Shown here: positions 58,482 through 64,000 of the stretch, one piece after another
Layout: each line of letters opens with the position of its first letter
How positions within the stretch are numbered: the first letter of the stretch is position 1
Origin: Monocercomonoides exilis PA203
Taxonomy: Eukaryota; Protista; Preaxostyla
Reading direction: 5' to 3'
DNA length: 64,000 nt
NCBI GenBank assembly: GCA_001643675.2
Contig: LSRY02000047.1
Span: forward strand, 558,001-622,000
Program-made: the position numbers and the translations under genes
Notes under the pieces: generated by a model
Seen by the model: the letters and a program-made list of their open reading frames with translations, nothing else
Told to the model about the DNA's origin: nothing
The model's database searches: none

Positions 58482-60917
58482 TTAGAAGTTTTTAAATCTC
58501 TTTAAATATTCATAGCTCTTTGATATACGATTCCACATGCTATTTATTTCTTTAACAGCTTCTGAAACCAGTTTTTGGTCATATTCTCCATAGCTCATAA
58601 GAGCTATTTCATTTGTGTCTTTGCACACTTTCTCCATGTCCTCCTTCGCTGCTGCAAACTTAGCCAAATTCTTCTTGTTCTCTTCAAGCCGTGCCTTTGA
58701 ATGCAATTCAAATAGATTTTCTTCTTTCGCTCTTTCATTCTCAGGTTCTCTGAATGCTGATGGAACAGAATCAGAAGCGGTCGATGAAGACGAAGCAGAG
58801 GCAGACGTTGAAGACGAAGCAGTTGAAGATTCAATTGAATCTCCTTCATTCTTTTCTTTTTCTTCTTTTTTAACTAAATTATCATCTCCTTCGTTCTTCT
58901 CTACTTTTTCTTTTTCTTCAACTTTATTGTCATCTCCCTCATTCTTCTCTTCGCTCTTTTTCTCTTTCTCATCATCATCATCTTCTTCTTCCTTGAACTG
59001 GCTTATGAGCTCTGTTGAAAGATAACACTTAGCAAATAAATACAATTGATCAATCATCTCTTGATTGAGTTTCCATTGTTTGTCACATTCTTCGCAAAAT
59101 GCCATGGATTCTGTTAAAATTGACCGTTTTATCATCCAAGTTTCCTCTTCCTCTTTCATAAATTTAATGTTATCCATCATATCCTTTTCTTTTTCCTTTG
59201 ATTCTTGCATGAAAGAAATGTTCGCTTTGGATTTTGCAATTTGTTCATCCAATTCTTTCACATTTGCCATCCATTCGAGAATTTTTTTCTTGTTCGATGG
59301 AATATCACGCTTAGGAGCATACAAATCAACATGCCCTGCACAAACGCTCGAGTTTGTTTGATACACACGTTGAACAAATACAGAAAACGTTGTGTCATCT
59401 TTGTCATCCTCTTCTTTTGGTGAGCTTGGAGCCTTGAATGCTCCTCGAAAGACGTTTCCCACAATCCCAGGTTCTTGTTCTTCATCATCCCAAGAAGTGA
59501 ATTCATTTGCAGGAACAAACTTGAAGGTTGTGTTCGGTATTTTGATTGGCATCTCAATTATCACTTTATTCGAATGAACGTCATCATTTTTGAGGAAATT
59601 AATTGTATCGTACTTTACAGGTTCATTGGTGTTGAGCTCATCAATTTCCTTTTCATAAAATTCTTTTTTCATCTGATTTTTTTCTATCCTTTCTTCCTCT
59701 TCTTCTATACTCAAGTTCTGTGCATTGTTTGAACAAGCGTTCATTTTATTCATGATGAAATTCATTGCCCTCATGTCTTCGAGCTTCTTTTTATGCAAAT
59801 CTCTTGAAGCGAATATAAAATGATCACACGCCATCAGAACTTCCTTCAAATCAGTTGTGAACTGTTGTCTTCCTTTCATTGCTCCAACAAGGCAATACAG
59901 CTTTTTTGCCATTTCTGAAACTGAATTCAGAAAATCATATGATTCCGGCGTAAAACGGCCAAAAGGAATGCGTCTGGGGCTCACGTAATACTTTGTATCA
60001 TTCAGCATTAATTTGATTCTGTTAACGGAGAAACTAATATTAGGATCATAATAAAACATCCTGTTATCATCCAGCGCCTTCTTCATCACAATAAGCCCGT
60101 TTATTTCATTCATACCTTTTGCGATATCTTCTTTCTCCGACTCTGTTTCTGCTCTAGTTTTTTCTTGAAGTGTTTTGATCGTTTCCTCCTCGCTGAAAGA
60201 TGTAAATTTTGAATTCTTTTTCTGGATGAAAAATTTTAATGCAAGTTCATTCATTTGTGTATTGCTCATTTTTGTAAATTGCTTATGGAGAGCCTCTTCA
60301 ATCTTCACTATTTTGTTTTCATCTTTCTCACTTTTAAACTCTGGTTTATATATTAATGATTCCTCGCATTTGTTGGCAATAAATAAGATAGGCAAGTCCA
60401 TGTCCTCACTTAATTGGTTCGCAAATTGCATGTCTTCGTACGATCTTGTTAAATTACAGAAATTTACATAAAGAGAGAGATATAAAATTAATTCTTTTTT
60501 TGTTTTTCTTCGATATGTTTCTAAGATCAGTGTACTTAAGATATCTCTCATGACATCTGCATTTGCACCAGAAAACCCTTTCGTATTAAACAGAGTCAAA
60601 GAATTAGTCAACTTGAATGCTTCGGGAATCTGACTTTCTGTTCTGCTGCCACTTCCTATGTTTGATCCGCATGATGTTTCTTTGATTTTATCGCATTTTT
60701 CATTGGTATCTTCATTCGTGTTCTTTCCTAAAAGCGCACTTGTAAAGATATTTTTTGTGCTTATATCATTTCCCAGGATAATCACCAAGCATTCACTATT
60801 TCCACATTCTTTGCATTTTTCATTAAATTCTTTCAAAACATATAAGATATCATTTTCTGAAAAATAATTTCTTTGTTCAATTAAATTCTCATTAATCGGT
60901 TCAGCTAATTGTGACAT
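58482..60917 (-). CDS. Intronless protein with a degenerate N-terminal TRAFAC-type P-loop GTPase domain and coiled coils (811 aa)
   Basis: G1-like LVIILGNDISTKNIFTSALLG, G2 region IGSGSRTESQIP, G3-like LTLFNTKGF and G4-like ILFIANKCE occur in the correct order. Long heptad-rich helices flank a beta-rich insert. Confidence 0.75.
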   Translation of the reverse strand: MSQLAEPINENLIEQRNYFSENDILYVLKEFNEKCKECGNSECLVIILGNDISTKNIFTSALLGKNTNEDTNEKCDKIKETSCGSNIGSGSRTESQIPEAFKLTNSLTLFNTKGFSGANADVMRDILSTLILETYRRKTKKELILYLSLYVNFCNLTRSYEDMQFANQLSEDMDLPILFIANKCEESLIYKPEFKSEKDENKIVKIEEALHKQFTKMSNTQMNELALKFFIQKKNSKFTSFSEEETIKTLQEKTRAETESEKEDIAKGMNEINGLIVMKKALDDNRMFYYDPNISFSVNRIKLMLNDTKYYVSPRRIPFGRFTPESYDFLNSVSEMAKKLYCLVGAMKGRQQFTTDLKEVLMACDHFIFASRDLHKKKLEDMRAMNFIMNKMNACSNNAQNLSIEEEEERIEKNQMKKEFYEKEIDELNTNEPVKYDTINFLKNDDVHSNKVIIEMPIKIPNTTFKFVPANEFTSWDDEEQEPGIVGNVFRGAFKAPSSPKEEDDKDDTTFSVFVQRVYQTNSSVCAGHVDLYAPKRDIPSNKKKILEWMANVKELDEQIAKSKANISFMQESKEKEKDMMDNIKFMKEEEETWMIKRSILTESMAFCEECDKQWKLNQEMIDQLYLFAKCYLSTELISQFKEEEDDDDEKEKKSEEKNEGDDNKVEEKEKVEKNEGDDNLVKKEEKEKNEGDSIESSTASSSTSASASSSSTASDSVPSAFREPENERAKEENLFELHSKARLEENKKNLAKFAAAKEDMEKVCKDTNEIALMSYGEYDQKLVSEAVKEINSMWNRISKSYEYLKRFKNF

Positions 60918-61107
60918 TTTTCGAAATGGATTAATTGATCAATTTTCCTTAAATTCGTTTTGAATGTTGAATAAAAAGGAATTTTTATTTAAGGTCTTTC
61001 TAATAAAACGATTTATATTCAAAAAGTTGTAAAATAGGAAAAGAGTGATTTATTTCAAAATTCAAATAAAGCTGCATTTCGTTCATTTTTAAATAAGATA
61101 TGGTGGT

Positions 61108-62158
61108 TTTTTCATCCGGACATTTTTTTTTATCTGGGCATAATTTAAAATTCAAATATCTCAATAAATATTCAATAAGAATTAACAGGAATTTGCATGG
61201 TTGTGTACAAACATACATGAGATCTATTCATATTCAAAATTTAAATAGCAGTGTTGTACATTTTTTTAGAAATAAATAATTTTTATTTTTGAAAATCAGA
61301 CTTGTGATGAATAGTTCTATTTTAATAAAACGATTCAATTCATTTTTTACACACACAACTTATTTTTTCTATTTCATTAACAATTCTTGTTATTTTTTAT
61401 TTTCTGCGATTTGCTCGTTTAGACTGAACGGAAAGCTATCATTTTTGAAAAATCATTGTCAATGGGACAATTTTTAAAATTTTTTTCTGCAAAACTCTAA
61501 GACATACAAGTGAATTTAACTCATCCATTAATTTATATAACAGCAATTAAAAATTGCTACTAGGTTGTTATCGAAAATGAATTTCTATTCATTAATTTTT
61601 ATAAACAATATCCACATAAAATGAAATTCATTTCGGAAAATTAAAAATTTTGAAAACATATTTCATATATGAAATACTTAATTAACCATTTTTGGTAACA
61701 ACCTAGTAGCAATTTTTAATTGCTGTTATATAAATTAATGGATGAGTTAAATTCACTTGTATGTCTTAGAGTTTTGCAGAAAAAAATTTTAAAAATTGTC
61801 CCATTGACAATGATTTTTCAAAAATGATAGCTTTCCGTTCAGTCTAAACGAGCAAATCGCAGAAAATAAAAAATAACAAGAATTGTTAATGAAATAGAAA
61901 AAATAAGTTGTGTGTGTAAAAAATGAATTGAATCGTTTTATTAAAATAGAACTATTCATCACAAGTCTGATTTTCAAAAATAAAAATTATTTATTTCTAA
62001 AAAAATGTACAACACTGCTATTTAAATTTTGAATATGAATAGATCTCATGTATGTTTGTACACAACCATGCAAATTCCTGTTAATTCTTATTGAATATTT
62101 ATTGAGATATTTGAATTTTAAATTATGCCCAGATAAAAAAAAATGTCCGGATGAAAAA
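61108..62158. repeat. Large inverted repeat: 463-bp arms (61108-61570 and 61696-62158) with a 125-bp spacer
   Basis: Identical 62-aa spurious ORFs occur on opposite strands (61289-61477 and 61789-61977). The arms are complementary by eye along their length. Confidence 0.95.
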
Positions 62159-62209
62159 GCAACTCTAACTATTTTCTCAAGTTTTTTTGTTATGAGATAA
62201 AAAAATTAT

Positions 62210-62457
62210 ATATGTCTAAATTTTTTTGAAAAGTTCCTTTTGTTTAATTTACAAATAAAATAAAATTTTAATATTTCGATCAAATTTCTGTTCCCACTCA
62301 CGAAACTTTTCAAGAATGGAAATAATACCAATGTCAAGATTTTGTTTTCATGACAGGCAAATCAGATGAGCGGGAACAGAAAATTGATTGAAATACGAAA
62401 TTTTTATTTTGATTGAAAATTTAACAAAAGGAACTTTCCAAAAAATTTTAGACATAT
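62210..62457. mobile_element. 248-bp MITE, family A, copy 4
   Basis: ATATGTCTAAATTTTTTTGAAAAGTTCCTTTTG ... CAAAAGGAACTTTCCAAAAAATTTTAGACATAT. Confidence 0.87.
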
Positions 62458-62625
62458 TTAATTTCCATCTGAACTTTTAAAGAGATTTTTTATTTTCAAA
62501 AAAAATTATTTTATATTAATATGTTATTCATTAGAAAAAAATAATCTCGTAAGAAAATTAATTTATCATTTCAACTACAAAAAAAATAAAATAATAATTA
62601 TAATAATAATAATAATTATAAAATA

Positions 62626-62902
62626 AATTAAGAGAAATACGGTCTTATAAGCTTTTTTTGTACAAGGCATTGAAAAATTGTTTCATTCATAACTTTATTT
62701 CGCTTTCTCAGATTTCAAAATAAATTTGATTTTTATATCCGTAAATAGGCATCGTTGAAATCAAAACACTAAGTTTTCCAACATTTCACGAATGTCAAAA
62801 AAATGGAACCATTTTCATTCATATTTTTTGATCACAAAATGTCTATGAAAAGTTCATTATTTTTCATTGAAAATCCCAGAAGCGAAATACTTTGCTCCAC
62901 AT
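62626..62902. mobile_element. MITE of about 276 bp, family B, copy 4
   Basis: Shares CGCTTTCTCAGATTTCAAAATAAATTTGATTTT and ACATTTCACGAATGTCAA with 15313-15588. The termini are decayed. Confidence 0.78.
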
Positions 62903-64000
62903 GTTGTAATAATTCATTTATTTCATTTTCAAACACCAACGTCTATGGTTATTTTTGAAGTCAGTACTATAATCAAAGTGAAGATTATTTGGGATATAAT
63001 TTTTGAAATCATTTCTTTTTTTGGAGGCTGTTTTTTCAAAGGATGTTAATCTTTTACAAGTAATTTTGCATTTAAATGCAAAATAATTTTCAAATGTTTC
63101 TGAAATCAATGTCTTTGAAGAAATAAAGATGGAGATGTCTTCGAAAAGTCATTACATTTTTCAGTGTTCATTTGTTAATGTTCAAGGGAATTTTTCGATT
63201 CGAAAATTTTGAAAGAAAAAATACGATAAGAAAAATCATCACACATTTAAAGATTCTTAATCATTTATGCTGTTCTGTTTATTAAAAACGCAAGTGTTGT
63301 ATTATGTGCTCAAAATGAGCATCTCCATTTTTTTTCGATATTCACACTTTTTTCTTCAACCTTTATCATGGAATAAATTAAAACTTGATATTGGAGTTCA
63401 CATGAAATAGCTCGCATTGTGGAAAAGTTAGAAGAGTTGAATGAAATAATTGATTTGAAAATGAGTTGTTCAATTTTTATAGAAAATTTTTTAATTTTTT
63501 ACTTATAAAGAAATCACCCATAAAATTGTTTAAAGTATCTGAAATCAAAAAAATCAGCATTTTCCTTGATTGTTTTTTAAAATGTGACGAAAAAATTATT
63601 TTTCTTTTATTACGATGTATTTTAAAACAAACAATGATTGACGAATGCTGAATTTTCGATAATCTGACAGAAAGGGACAGAGAGAAAGTTGGAAAGGAAT
63701 TTTTCTTATTGAAGCGAAATATGACAATTTTTCATAAATGCAAAAATATTAAAAATTTTTATTTTTTCTTTGTTTGAAAATAAACATTTATAGCAAAAAA
63801 TTTTTAACAGAGAAGAAGATTTGGAACAAAATTCTTACTTTGAAGAAAAAAACAACGATTTGTTTCAAACTTTTTCCACTTTCATATCATAACAAGTCAA
63901 ACATTCTCATATAAAAATGTTTAGAAAAATTAAAAAAATGAGTAATTTGCTCAGAAACTCTGAATGGAACAAAATTCATAATTCTAAAAATAACACCATA

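Noticed and set aside
56340-61977. Duplicated 74-aa and 62-aa ORFs
   Set aside because: They have TTG starts and AT-rich non-coding composition, and are duplicated only because they lie in palindrome arms.
1-64000. CRISPR arrays, tRNA/rRNA genes, prokaryotic operons, retroelements
   Set aside because: None were recognised by eye; a covariance-model search would be needed to exclude small RNAs.

Overview
This is a eukaryotic, AT-rich window with short spliceosomal introns and the standard genetic code (TAA, TAG and TGA all end genes). The gene style strongly suggests the amitochondriate oxymonad Monocercomonoides exilis; this is an inference from recognition, not a search result. Region 1-2.9 kb holds the 3' end of an SDA1-like gene and a two-exon eIF4E. 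Region 3-20.5 kb is a transposon graveyard: four Merlin/IS1595-type transposase remnants, one hAT remnant, one pogo/DDE_1 remnant, a USP deubiquitinase pseudogene, a surface-protein pseudogene and two MITE families (248 bp and about 276 bp). Region 21-61 kb holds apparently intact genes: casein kinase 1 with a roughly 1,080-aa Ser-rich tail, a Cys-to-Ser dual-specificity pseudophosphatase, a 3,066-aa low-complexity protein, a four-exon MBF1, a 2,702-aa beta-helix receptor with a dead kinase tail, an 8-exon NEK-like pseudokinase-SPRY gene that the ORF track splits into fragments, and an intronless degenerate P-loop GTPase. The most striking structure is two near-perfect palindromes of about 1 kb (353-bp and 463-bp arms). 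They bracket the pseudo-GTPase, and each lies just 5' of a pseudoenzyme gene. All exon models were derived by hand.
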